From sequence record SRR22947727_4848: a DNA stretch of 35,579 nucleotides, one strand, 5' to 3'. The notes beneath the pieces were generated by a model that saw only the letters and a program-made list of their open reading frames with translations, made no database searches and had not been told where the DNA came from. Positions 17,937-27,510 of the stretch are shown piece by piece; position 1 is the first letter of the stretch, and each line of letters starts with the position of its first letter. The position numbers were made by a program, and so were the translations under genes.

Positions 17937-18746
17937 ATGCAGACCCCATCTCAGATGCGTTCGGTGACCCCAGGAGGGCCTGAAGGAGGACTGGTCGCGA
18001 TCCTTGGTCTCGTCTTAGCTGCTTTGTTGTTGCTTTCTCAGGCTTTATTTGTGGTGCCAGCTGGTGAAGTTGCTGTTGTGACAACACTTGGCAAGGTCAG
18101 TGGCTCGTCACGCCAGCCTGGTTTGAACACCAAGCTTCCCCTGGTGCAGCAGGTTTGGCCTTTCAGTGTTCGCACCCAGGTTCGCCCTGAAAATTTTGCA
18201 ACTCTGACAAAGGATTTGCAGGTGATTGAGGCCACGGCCACAATCAAATACGCGTTGCGTGCCGATCAAGCTGGTCGTGCTTACAGCACGATTGCGAGCA
18301 GTGATCGTGATATTTATCCTCGAATTATTCAGCCTTCCTTGCTGAAAGCACTTAAATCTGTGTTTTCTCAATATGAATTGGTCACAATCGCATCTGAGTG
18401 GAATGATATTTCGACTCTTGTAGCAGAAACGGTTGCTGATGAGCTTGATCAATTTGACTACGTCAAGGTGTTAGGCCTTGATCTCACTGGACTAGAAATT
18501 GCCGAAGAATATCGTGCAGCGATTGAGCAGAAACAGATTGCTGAGCAACAACTTCTCAGGGCTCAAACCGAGGTGCTTATTGCTGAGCAAGAGGCTTTGC
18601 GCTACGACACTTTGAATAAAAGTCTTGATGATCGTGTGTTGTACAAATTATTCCTTGATAAGTGGGACGGTATGACTCAAGTTGTTCCTGGTTTGCCTGG
18701 CACCAATGGTGGAATGCCTTCCGTAATCGTTGGATCACGCAAATAG
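17937..18746 (+). CDS. SPFH/prohibitin (band 7) family protein
   Basis: N-terminal TM helix, VVPAGEVAV...LGKV, TKDLQ, AIEQKQIAEQ, KWDG. Confidence 0.92.
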   Translation: MQTPSQMRSVTPGGPEGGLVAILGLVLAALLLLSQALFVVPAGEVAVVTTLGKVSGSSRQPGLNTKLPLVQQVWPFSVRTQVRPENFATLTKDLQVIEATATIKYALRADQAGRAYSTIASSDRDIYPRIIQPSLLKALKSVFSQYELVTIASEWNDISTLVAETVADELDQFDYVKVLGLDLTGLEIAEEYRAAIEQKQIAEQQLLRAQTEVLIAEQEALRYDTLNKSLDDRVLYKLFLDKWDGMTQVVPGLPGTNGGMPSVIVGSRK

Positions 18747-18822
18747 TCACTTAGCTGGTCTATGGGTTAAAACATTAATAAAATGAATGTTGCAAATCTT
18801 TTGTGATATTCATTTTATTAAT

Positions 18823-19383
18823 TCAAATTGTTGAAGTCTTGGGTTGAGGGTATAACTTATCGCAGGATGCAGAAATTGTATTTATTGTATGTTTTCTTAA
18901 AATCTGTAATGTGCACACAGCGATGACCTTTGTTTTCGATGAAGAACGGCCTCGAGCAACATGTTCGCTTTTTTCTTGCTGAAAAACCTTTAAAATTTCG
19001 AGTACCAGGTTTGTTTGAATAACCTGCTTCAAGTCACCATTGGTGGTTTTGTTCGATTTTTAACCCTGAATTATGAGGTGAGTGGGTGAATCGTCGTGTG
19101 GTGAGGGGTGTTTTCGTGGTGTTGCTCCTGGGTGTGCTCACGCATTGTGCATCCAAAACTCAAGTGCGTGTTCGCTATCGGGTTGTGCCACAACGCTCGC
19201 CAGAACGGTTTCAGCTTCCGAAGCAAACTCCTTCGCAGCATGGGCTGTTGTTGTAGGAATCAAGACAATATTTGAGCCTGGCTTGAGATTGTCTTCAAAA
19301 GACAATGGTTGAACTTGCCAGTTTTTGAATTGTGCTAATCGAATTCGGTGTGAAGAGAGAGTCGGCTTGAGCAGTTGTTGAGG
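18823..19383 (-). pseudogene. possible decayed gene
   Basis: one minus-strand frame is protein-like over about 185 codons but is broken by stops at 19138-19140 and 19060-19062 and lacks a good start. Confidence 0.3.
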
Positions 19384-19676
19384 TTAGCGGGTGTTTTTAT
19401 TTCATCTTTTCGTGCGATGTCCGCGCCCTTTTTTACTGGAGCTACATCGCCATTGAATTAAAAAGCATTGAGCTGTGTAACAGCAAGCTCACCTTGTCCA
19501 CGAACGGTCGTTCAAGTCACTTAGAAGAGTCTTGACCTGTATCGAGCTTCAGCCATGCAGAATAGTTTCAGCAGGGAACTTGCTCAATCACTCGTGGTCA
19601 TGCTCTTGGAGATGCAGGCAGAGATTCGCGAGTTCTCATATCAAATGGATCTTGAGGAGCAGCGCTGTCAAGCTGC

Positions 19677-20063
19677 TCAAGCACGATCTGGGTCTACAGG
19701 TAGTCCTTTTAGTGTGAGCGCTAATTGACGGGCTGCGAGCAACCCCGGGTATAGAAAACTGGCTCGTTTGCTATTACCAAAGAGTCCGTTCAGTAAAGCC
19801 AACAAATGATCGCTTGGTTTGAGTTGACTGCAGAGAACAGAGATAGCTTCGCTTCCATGCCAGATCTGATCTCCGTCGATCAACACAGCTCCTTGACTCA
19901 AATTGAATCCCCGTCGACGCAAGTCGTTGCGAAGATCATCGTCGAGCCTTCCGTCTCGGATCATTAGATCTGGAATGCCACCTTTTAGTTCGCTGCGCAG
20001 GGCAAATGCTTCGCAGAAAGGACAGCCACCGTCGTAAACCAGCGTTTTCAGCAACCCCTCCAA
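19677..20063 (-). CDS. DCC1-like thiol-disulfide oxidoreductase (DUF393)
   Basis: LVYDGGCPFC (DxxCxxC) and G.EAI motif. Confidence 0.85.
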   Translation of the reverse strand: MEGLLKTLVYDGGCPFCEAFALRSELKGGIPDLMIRDGRLDDDLRNDLRRRGFNLSQGAVLIDGDQIWHGSEAISVLCSQLKPSDHLLALLNGLFGNSKRASFLYPGLLAARQLALTLKGLPVDPDRA

Positions 20064-20103
20064 CCGTTCGTTCGGTAAGTTGATGTGATTGACAGTAATT
20101 TAG

Positions 20104-20406
20104 ATGGCGGACAAGGAGCTACTCAAAGAGGTCGGACAGGAACTGTGGGGGTCTGTCAAGAAGCTCCGCCCCGGCTTGCCTCGTGAATCTCGTTTGGAGC
20201 TCACCCTCAAGGCACTGATGGTGATTGGCGATCTGTCTGATCAAATTCAGGCTGCAGTTGTTGTAGGGCTTATTGCGGAGCAAGAACCGCCCGAAAACGA
20301 ACCTGAGGGCAAAGATGTCACAACCAGTGCTGACAGCGAGCCGGAGGTGGAGCAAACACCGGATGGTCGTCGCGTGGTGCGTCGTCGCTCGCGTGCTGCC
20401 GGTTAA
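20104..20406 (+). CDS. TIGR03894-family protein
   Basis: 100 aa; conserved N-terminal domain, polar low-complexity linker, C-terminal RVVRRRS motif. Confidence 0.85.
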   Translation: MADKELLKEVGQELWGSVKKLRPGLPRESRLELTLKALMVIGDLSDQIQAAVVVGLIAEQEPPENEPEGKDVTTSADSEPEVEQTPDGRRVVRRRSRAAG

Positions 20407-20416
20407 GCAGAAAAGG

Positions 20417-20452
20417 AATGCTTGATCAGCATCAGCCGATCGAGCATTTTTT
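20417..20452 (+). terminator. rho-independent terminator
   Basis: AATGCTTGATC...GATCGAGCATT stem followed by a T run, just after the stop at 20406. Confidence 0.6.
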
Positions 20453-20498
20453 GGCCTTGGATCTTGTATTTCCTATGAATGTGCTGTTCCAAGGGGCA

Positions 20499-20534
20499 AG
20501 AAAGCCCTGCAACATCTGTGTTGCAGGGCTTTCT
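20499..20534. terminator. strong (probably bidirectional) terminator hairpin
   Basis: perfect 16-bp stem AGAAAGCCCTGCAACA-TCTG-TGTTGCAGGGCTTTCT between convergent genes. Confidence 0.85.
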
Positions 20535-20559
20535 ATTAGCTTTTAGCTCGTTAGGTGCG

Positions 20560-22020
20560 TTAGTTCAGCAAAGCCTTCCCTCGGCTGTGAATGTTGCGGG
20601 CGTACTCAGTCCACGTGCCTTGGCCCCAATAGCGAAAGCAGCTTGTTTCCAGTAAAAGCAGATGCAGTAGTGCTTCTTGATATCTCTCATCCTTCGTGAA
20701 CGATGGATTTTCTTCTGTCTGCTGGTCGAAACGTTGATGAAAGGCTGCGCTGAGTTGGTTCATCGGCTCCAAAACGTTGTCGTACCCCTCAACCCAACTG
20801 AGGTTGTTGGTCCAAGAGGCCCCCTCCATTGAGAAGCCATTGTTATTGGCTTTGAGTTCTTCGATTGCGGCGTTGACAGTCTCACGATTCGAATCGCTTC
20901 CTACCTGTCGCCATAGCCGGTGCTGCTGCACCGCCTGCACTTCGGGGAAATCGGTCGCCGTTACTCCTGCCTGTTCGAGAAGCTCAAGCCATTCGCTTCC
21001 GTTGATTGCCACCGTTTGGGTGTGCCCCTCTCCCACTGGGTTTTGCTGGCGCGCTTTGCGGTGTGCTTGAAGAAACGCTTCCGGGAATTCATTCATCATC
21101 ACCCCCCCGTTTTCGCCATCAGCGATTTGCGTCACCACTGATGGAATGTGCCTGCTTCCAAGCGGTTGTTGTTCAAGGGTGAGCGCCTCGTAATAGGGCT
21201 GCATTTGGCCCACCAGTTTGGTGTCAGAACCTTGTGTCTTGATTAATACAGTGATCCTTGCGGTGTCTCCTGTTGAGCTCCTTGCGACCAGTTGATTGGG
21301 GAGGTACCTCTGTGCATGGCTAAGAGGTGAGCCATCCGGGTTTTCTACGCTGTGTTCTTGAACCATCAACCAGCTGTAACCGCAATCAAGAAGAGCCTGG
21401 ATGAAGGCATGAAGAGTATCTGGGTGGTTTGGAAGATGCATTTCGGGGGGTGAAAACCCTTTCACCCGTTTGAGCGCGTCCTCGCCGAAAAGATCAACGA
21501 ACTGGTGCTGCCAAGCACTGATCTGAAGCTTGAGATCGGGAATTGGTGTGGATGGAGCCACCGCATGGCTCCAGAACGTACCTAGCCATTCCACATGGCG
21601 TTGCATGTCTGGATCACAGGCGAGATAGCGCAGCGCGTCTGTGATGTCTTTACGCCCCATCTGGTGAACTCCCCAGAGGAGGTTGCCGGAATAATCGAGC
21701 ATGATCCGGGGATTGCATCCTTCGCTGATCAGCTGCGGTATGAGATCAGCCATGCGTCGGTAGCACTGGGCGAAGGGTTCCGCGTTGTGGTTGTCGCCCT
21801 CTCCCTGGTTCTCAACCATGTATTGCAGATGGGAAACCAGTTCTCCGCTTCTTCCTGCCGGGATTGTTGGCTGATGCATGTGCAGCGCACAGGCGAACGC
21901 TGAGCGGATCCCCTCAATCCGCAGATTTGTGTGCTGGATCCAGACAGGCTCGCGATTTTGCAAAAGGGAATGCAGATCGGTTTCTCGGCCAGCGATTGCT
22001 GGAGATTGGTGTTGTGTCAT
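20560..22020 (-). CDS. glycoside hydrolase family 57 protein
   Basis: ALHMHQP, GFSPPEM, IADGENGGVMMNEF and ETSCFRYWG motifs. Confidence 0.9.
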   Translation of the reverse strand: MTQHQSPAIAGRETDLHSLLQNREPVWIQHTNLRIEGIRSAFACALHMHQPTIPAGRSGELVSHLQYMVENQGEGDNHNAEPFAQCYRRMADLIPQLISEGCNPRIMLDYSGNLLWGVHQMGRKDITDALRYLACDPDMQRHVEWLGTFWSHAVAPSTPIPDLKLQISAWQHQFVDLFGEDALKRVKGFSPPEMHLPNHPDTLHAFIQALLDCGYSWLMVQEHSVENPDGSPLSHAQRYLPNQLVARSSTGDTARITVLIKTQGSDTKLVGQMQPYYEALTLEQQPLGSRHIPSVVTQIADGENGGVMMNEFPEAFLQAHRKARQQNPVGEGHTQTVAINGSEWLELLEQAGVTATDFPEVQAVQQHRLWRQVGSDSNRETVNAAIEELKANNNGFSMEGASWTNNLSWVEGYDNVLEPMNQLSAAFHQRFDQQTEENPSFTKDERYQEALLHLLLLETSCFRYWGQGTWTEYARNIHSRGKALLN

Positions 22021-22169
22021 GGCTTGATTCGTACTCCATCGAGGCTTGGACGTCATGTCACGATCGATTCAGCAGCTCATTTCTGTTCTTGGGTTTCGCT
22101 TGCATGGGGTCTCATTGTGGTTTCCTTTCGTGATTCACTAACGGAGAAAAGGGGCATGGGCTATCTGTT

Positions 22170-22388
22170 TTGAGCGCTCTCCATTCATTTTTGGAACACT
22201 TGCAACGCGATGCTCGGTTGCAAAGCCGCGTCCAGTCAGCAATGACAGCAGCTGAGGTTGCGATGATCGCTCAGGAGCTTGGTTACGCCGTTTCAGGAAG
22301 TGAGCTCCTGTTGCTATCTGGCAAGTCACTGACAGGGATGCGGGTTGTTCGTATCGATCATCCTGGTGAATACCCACACCGTTATTGA
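22170..22388 (+). CDS. Nif11-like domain protein
   Basis: LHSFLEHLQRDARLQSRV..A.TAAEVAMIAQELGYAVSGSEL Nif11 pattern; TTG start. Confidence 0.75.
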   Translation: MSALHSFLEHLQRDARLQSRVQSAMTAAEVAMIAQELGYAVSGSELLLLSGKSLTGMRVVRIDHPGEYPHRY

Positions 22389-22729
22389 GTGAAGCTGCTG
22401 AGTACAAACACTGATGTTTCTGAGAGATGGCATGCGCCATAACGAAAGAGCCCGATGGGAAGGGCTTAGATCAAGTCCAATGAATGCGTCTCGTGGGCCG
22501 TGGCCGGGGGGTTACGGCCTTTTCATTGGTCTGTTGTATCCATGGTGGAGGAGTTCTGTTCGTCGTCTGTTATTCCCTTGAATGTGCTGAAAGCTTGAAA
22601 AATCGCGGTTATTTGTCTTTATCACCACATGAATCATGCCTGATCCCGAAGACTTCTGATGTATATGCGTGGTTTGCACCATGTTTTGCAGGTTGGGTGC
22701 ATAAGTTGAGTACATACGAAACGTCATTG

Positions 22730-22936
22730 ATGTACAGAATTCAAGAACTGAGCTCTTCCGGCTGGACGGATCATGGAGCCAGAACAACTGAAATTGAGGC
22801 CTTTTGGGCTGCTCATGCCCTCAGCCAGCAGGAAGGACAATCTGCGAGAGTCCTCAACCCTTTGGATGAGATGGTTTGCATCATGAACCGCTCTGGATCG
22901 ACTGCGATCCAAACTGATCACGAATTGGTGGCTTGA
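22730..22936 (+). CDS. small hypothetical protein (68 aa)
   Basis: ATG at 22730 within ORF 22484..22936; gapless similarity to 27511..27708. Confidence 0.65.
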   Translation: MYRIQELSSSGWTDHGARTTEIEAFWAAHALSQQEGQSARVLNPLDEMVCIMNRSGSTAIQTDHELVA

Positions 22937-22939
22937 CCG

Positions 22940-23128
22940 ATGGCTTATTTCAGTCACTACAAACATTTCACGATTCGCTACAAGATGTCTGATGGCAGCA
23001 AGCAGGAGGCTTGTTTCTATGCCTCTGACGCTTGGGAGGCCCGCATCCTTGCTATGGAGTTTTACGAGCACATTCGGCGATGGCCCAACAGCATCGACTT
23101 AATCCATGAAGTGGGTTGTCGCTTCTGA
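22940..23128 (+). CDS. small hypothetical protein (62 aa)
   Basis: starts 3 bp after the previous stop; HFTIRY......EACFYASDAWEA...A.E...PNSID pattern of picocyanobacterial microproteins. Confidence 0.7.
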   Translation: MAYFSHYKHFTIRYKMSDGSKQEACFYASDAWEARILAMEFYEHIRRWPNSIDLIHEVGCRF

Positions 23129-23897
23129 TCATGGCCAGCCGAATCGCCCATTAAGTCAAGAAATGGCAACGAATGGGGCCAGAGGCATGAACTGGCTCCA
23201 AGATTGGGTTCATGACTTTGACGCACTGTCCGCTTTGTATTGGCTTAGCGCTGCTTTCAGCGATTCGCACTACGGCTCATCTCGTGATGATTGCTCAACT
23301 CGAGCGTCGAACTGCAGAGAAGTTTGAGCATCCAGCAAGTGTGCTGGGTACCGTATTTCAACTTTGAAATTGGCAACGGATGATCTCCTCAGTTTGAGTA
23401 GAGAAGCAGTGGTCACATTCTGTTGATCAAAGGGAGTTTCATGGAGCCAGTGGTGGTTTTCCACCAGTGGAAGCCACTCGAGGACTTAGGACCTCACCAT
23501 CTTTGCTCCTTTTTATCGGAGGCCGCTCGTTCAAACGAAGAGCTTATGCGTGATGTGGCATCACAATGGGTCAGATAGATCAGCATGTTTTAAAAAATAA
23601 GGCTGAACACAAAGTAGATAATCAACATAGAATATATTCAAAGTTGCATATGAGAATTAAGTATTGGTTTCGAGCTGAATATTTGAGTCTAGACTTTCAA
23701 AGTATTTATATTCTGCGTTATTGCGGAATAATATTTATGGCTTTTGAGAATTTTACTCTAAATATTTAATGAGACGTTTGAATGTTAAATATGATAAAAA
23801 TAGGCTCGTTTCGATATGTAGCTTTAAAAATCAGCTCAAAATTGAATTAATTGTGGAATGAATTAGATCCTTTCTTTCAGGCAAGGCAAATGAAGGA

Positions 23898-24056
23898 TCA
23901 TTTATTTGCAATCACCCAAGCAGTGGCAACACGTTGCTTGAGATAGAGATCTGCCAGATGCCTCGCAAGCTCTTGAAGCGCCACAACGTCAGTAGTGGCG
24001 TCAATTTGACGCTTAATTGACTCGGTTTCGAACTGCTGAGCGAGAGTTGCTTGCAT
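23898..24056 (-). CDS. NblA-like small helical protein (52 aa), not in ORF track
   Basis: MQATLAQQFETESIKRQIDATTDVVALQELARHLADLYLKQRVATAWVIANK; TLAQQF resembles NblA L(S/T)LEQQF; two amphipathic helices. Confidence 0.6.
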   Translation of the reverse strand: MQATLAQQFETESIKRQIDATTDVVALQELARHLADLYLKQRVATAWVIANK

Positions 24057-24135
24057 AAAAATGCCTGCTGATCTCACTACTTTAAAAACTCTTTACGGAG
24101 ACTGCGGGCCACGGTTGGCCAATAGAGGCGCCAGG

Positions 24136-24156
24136 ATGTAACGAAATCGTTACAAA
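24136..24156. promoter_or_regulatory. palindromic operator-like site in a divergent promoter
   Basis: TGTAACGA-AA-TCGTTACA, perfect 8-2-8 inverted repeat ending 6 bp before the ATG at 24161. Confidence 0.5.
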
Positions 24157-24160
24157 GATC

Positions 24161-24400
24161 ATGACTGTCGGCGAACTCGTGCTCGAAACCCTCTCCACTG
24201 GTGTGATTACGGAAGATGAGGTCACTTGGCTAACTGATCATCTGCAGACATTTACGCGGCCTGAAGAAGCAGCTGCCATTCGCTTGGGTCGTCTTATGGA
24301 TGAAGGCCAAGTCAATCTCGGTTGCCGTGTCTCGAAGCGCTGGCTGCATCATCGGGAGGTTCTTGTGGACTGGATTGAACCACTCGGTCGTCACAGCTGA
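24161..24400 (+). CDS. conserved picocyanobacterial hypothetical protein
   Basis: MTVGEL.LE.LSTGVIT..E..W......F.R.EEA.A.RLGRLMDEG.VNLGCR pattern. Confidence 0.8.
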   Translation: MTVGELVLETLSTGVITEDEVTWLTDHLQTFTRPEEAAAIRLGRLMDEGQVNLGCRVSKRWLHHREVLVDWIEPLGRHS

Positions 24401-24830
24401 TCAGTGTTGAGTGTGGCGACTCAAATGCCTCTACTTTGGACCAAGTTTAGTGATAGCTCTGATTTAAGGAGCGCAAGGCTGAGTCGCTCATTTTCCAAAG
24501 CCTCGTACCAATTTCTGACTCACTATTAGCTCAGCCTTTGAACTGTTTTTTCTCTTATAAGTTGTCCATTTTTCACTCATTATTGATCAGGTCTGTCGAC
24601 AATTTTATTTTTTGCGAATAAAGTCCTGAATCTTTAATCGCTTTTGGCATTGCGTGCATCTATTTTGCATTTTGATTGCTAATGGGATTTTGCCCCTTCA
24701 CACGAAGCGGTTTCATCCATCTTTAGGTGGATTTGCTTATTTTTGAGAGTCGTCATTAATTTTTGACTTCTGCTTTGGTTGAAAATTAATTCCATCTTTA
24801 CTATATTGATAACGTAATTGGTGAAATTTG

Positions 24831-25208
24831 ATGAAAAAATTACGTCCATTGAAGAAACTAGAATTATTAGTTGGAATTGGTTTCTCTTTGATTGGGTTCT
24901 TTATTGGCTCACTTTTGATGGGAAACACATTGAATAGTAAAATTCAGCTGGATTCACCTAAGGAAATCAGCGACAATGACTCTAGACCTTATTTAAGTGA
25001 GATTGCTCCTCATAGTGAAATTCCAAATGTTTCCAATTCTCAAGTAGAGAGCGTTCAACAATTACGAAAAAAAGATCAACAAACCGCTTCTACCTCTTCC
25101 TCTGATGAATTTACGAGATTGTCTCAAGAAGAGAAGAATTGTGTTATTTGGAAGAATGCATATCCTGAAGCTGCTTATAAGCTTAAGCAAGGTGATGCAT
25201 GTTACTAA
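24831..25208 (+). CDS. hypothetical protein with N-terminal membrane anchor
   Basis: TM helix, Ser-rich linker and C-terminal Cys pair (NCVIWKNAYPEAAYKLKQGDACY). Confidence 0.6.
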   Translation: MKKLRPLKKLELLVGIGFSLIGFFIGSLLMGNTLNSKIQLDSPKEISDNDSRPYLSEIAPHSEIPNVSNSQVESVQQLRKKDQQTASTSSSDEFTRLSQEEKNCVIWKNAYPEAAYKLKQGDACY

Positions 25209-25478
25209 TCCATGATGACTACTCTTTTCATTGCACTTTTATTGCTATTTGAAAGCAACAATGAACTGAAGGGTTCTTTCGTGAAGTTACAAAGTATGGA
25301 GTTTGGAAGCGCTCTCTTCAGACTCCGCTCTTAACCAAAAAAGCTTTTTAGACTGTTTTCATGACCCTAAGAGCTGGGTGGAAAGTCATTGTTTTTTTGT
25401 TGCTCTTGTGATTGTTGCTCCCCTAATCGCTTCGTTTATGTGGCCGTCTATTCAAATGCATAGATGGCCACACATCTA

Positions 25479-25643
25479 TCAGCTCACACGTTGCTCCTGA
25501 GTTCTTAGAATTTCATAAGCTTTCCATAACCCATCAACCTCTGAGCATGTGAATTGCTTGTCACAAACTCGATATTTCCCATTTCCAACGGCATCGATTC
25601 TTGAACCCTTGGATGTTGCGCAGATTCTGCTGAGAAAGGCCAC
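25479..25643 (-). CDS. small Cys-containing hypothetical protein (54 aa), not in ORF track
   Basis: GTG start; (M)AFLSRICATSKGSRIDAVGNGKYRVCDKQFTCSEVDGLWKAYEILRTQEQRVS; hairpin immediately downstream. Confidence 0.65.
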   Translation of the reverse strand: MAFLSRICATSKGSRIDAVGNGKYRVCDKQFTCSEVDGLWKAYEILRTQEQRVS

Positions 25644-26131
25644 TGGATTGACTCAGTTATCCATGGTCTAGGTCAGCATCGGGGCATTGTGCCCGTTTTG
25701 CACCTATTCCTTTTAAGATCGAAATAGATTCTTGCAGAGAATAAAGACTTGGAGTAATGCTTCATCTTTTGATCTTTATGACATGCCTACCAGCTCTACT
25801 CTTATTGTTTGGGTTGAATTGATGATTTTTCTATTCCCTATAATAAAGTTTTTGTGGCGAGAACTGATAGGTTTGACTATCTAGTTATTATTTCGCTTTA
25901 GTCCATCCTTTTGTGGCTTTTGCTTTGTCCTTGAGATGCCTTTTATGAATAAAACATTTTTGATCAGATTTGACATTAACAGAGACTGATTCACTTTCAA
26001 TAGCATTTGCTGGCTCCACTTCATTCTATTGGTTAGTCTTTACCTACTTTCTCTTCGATCCATTCGATGCAGGACGGCAATGTTCACACTTCAGCGCATT
26101 GCTACTTAATATGGTGAAAAGACTATTCTCC

Positions 26132-26416
26132 ATGAAAGCAGTTTTTAACGATAACATTCTTGCTGAAAGCAACGATATTGTCTATGTGGATGGAAATCCC
26201 TATTTCCCTCGTGAAGCAATGTACGACCAATATTTCCGCGATTCTCGACACACAACGGTGTGTGGTTGGAAGGGTAAGGCGCGCTACTGGGACTTGATTG
26301 CTGATGATCAGATTATTACCAATGTGGCTTGGAGCTATGAGACACCAAAGCCTGACGCAGAAGCCATCCGTTATCGGGTTGCTTTCTATTCCGGAAAGGG
26401 CATCATCATATCTTGA
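26132..26416 (+). CDS. DUF427 family protein
   Basis: LAES....VDGNPYFP...S..TTVCGWKG.A.Y...AWSYE.P. Confidence 0.88.
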   Translation: MKAVFNDNILAESNDIVYVDGNPYFPREAMYDQYFRDSRHTTVCGWKGKARYWDLIADDQIITNVAWSYETPKPDAEAIRYRVAFYSGKGIIIS

Positions 26417-26652
26417 TGGATTTGAGCTACATTTGTTTTTAGCAAGAAATGGTGGCCTATAAATTTACGTCTTACTGGTTTTAATATGTACTAAGAATAA
26501 TGCTTCACTCTGCTCATGGTTCTATTCCATTAGTCGTAGTGGATTCGTAGTTTTTTGACGACCGTACTAATTGCTTTTAGTTTGACTATTTTGTTTGCAA
26601 TCCTGTCCATTCTCTTTTGCTGGCCTATAATGATTTTTCATTGTGTGCTTAT

Positions 26653-26868
26653 ATGGAAAACGAATCATTTGAATCTTTAGAATCTGGTTTCAAGAATTTG
26701 AGCGTAAGTGTTCCTTTGTACCGCATTGTTCGTGATGATCTTCAGGAAGATGCGATCACTAAGCTACAGTTCAATTGTTACGATAGCGCTTATGATGAGC
26801 TAGAGCGCTATTATGGCGATTTGTGCTGCTCAGATGAGAGAATCGAATACTCAATTGTATCTATTTGA
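26653..26868 (+). CDS. small acidic hypothetical protein
   Basis: YRI......F.CYDSAYDELERYYGDLCCSD pattern. Confidence 0.6.
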   Translation: MENESFESLESGFKNLSVSVPLYRIVRDDLQEDAITKLQFNCYDSAYDELERYYGDLCCSDERIEYSIVSI

Positions 26869-27218
26869 TTGTTTGTCCTGTTTACGTAAACTTCCAGCCG
26901 ATTAACTTTATGAGCTATGTTTACATTATGTGCTCTTGGGCGAGCTGATTTGTTTTTGATGTGTTGAGACTAAGTATGTGATGAGAATGATTTGTTGTTG
27001 CGTTGTCTTGGATTTCGCTAGTGAGTTTATTTCGTGCTGCATTCGCCACCAACTGGTTATTCGTTGGTGCGAACGCCATGCTCCTTGATTATTGTTCCCT
27101 TCAATGGCTTCACACAACGTAGTCACAATCTTGAGTGAATCGATACTCACGCTCTGTTGGTAAGAGTCGTCACTATGATCTGCTCATCACATCTCAATGT
27201 GATGCAAAAGGCCGGGTG

Positions 27219-27320
27219 ATGGGGATTACTTGGCGGATGACCGCTCTTGTTTCGAGCGGTTTTTTTGTGCTTGCCCAATTTGGCTTATTGGATTGGTTAC
27301 GTGCTGTCTTATCGTTTTAA
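27219..27320 (+). CDS. possible single-TM microprotein (33 aa)
   Basis: MGITWRMTALVSSGFFVLAQFGLLDWLRAVLSF. Confidence 0.3.
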   Translation: MGITWRMTALVSSGFFVLAQFGLLDWLRAVLSF

Positions 27321-27510
27321 TATTGTTCTATCATTGATTCAATTTTTTGCTCTTTATGACTCCAACAAAGATTTTACGTATACTTATTATTGTGGCTTTT
27401 CTTGGATTGTCCGTTTTGGCGATCCAGTTAACCAGTGGAGTGAGCGATTCTGACCCTTCTAGTGAGCTTCAAGAGGCTATGCCGGCCTTACAGCAATGAG
27501 TAGATACCTG

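Noticed and set aside
19090-19120. Minus-strand ACCCCTCACCACAC resembling the Yfr1 sRNA motif ACTCCTCACAC
   Set aside because: Imperfect match, no flanking terminator hairpin, and not in the usual guaB-trxA context
22709-22722. LexA-like AGTAC half-site upstream of 22730
   Set aside because: The second half-site (GAAAC) does not match; insufficient evidence
22484-22729. N-terminal extension of the 150-aa ORF
   Set aside because: Paralog alignment with 27511..27708 begins at ATG 22730
24138-24153. NtcA box
   Set aside because: Spacing is GTA-N10-TAC, not N8
25644-25664. In-frame ATG-GAT-AAC-TGA upstream of the 25479..25643 gene (possible selenocysteine read-through)
   Set aside because: No redox motif or recognisable SECIS; the downstream GTG start gives a complete protein
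25970-26131. N-terminal extension of the DUF427 ORF
   Set aside because: The family pattern starts at MKAVFN (26132)
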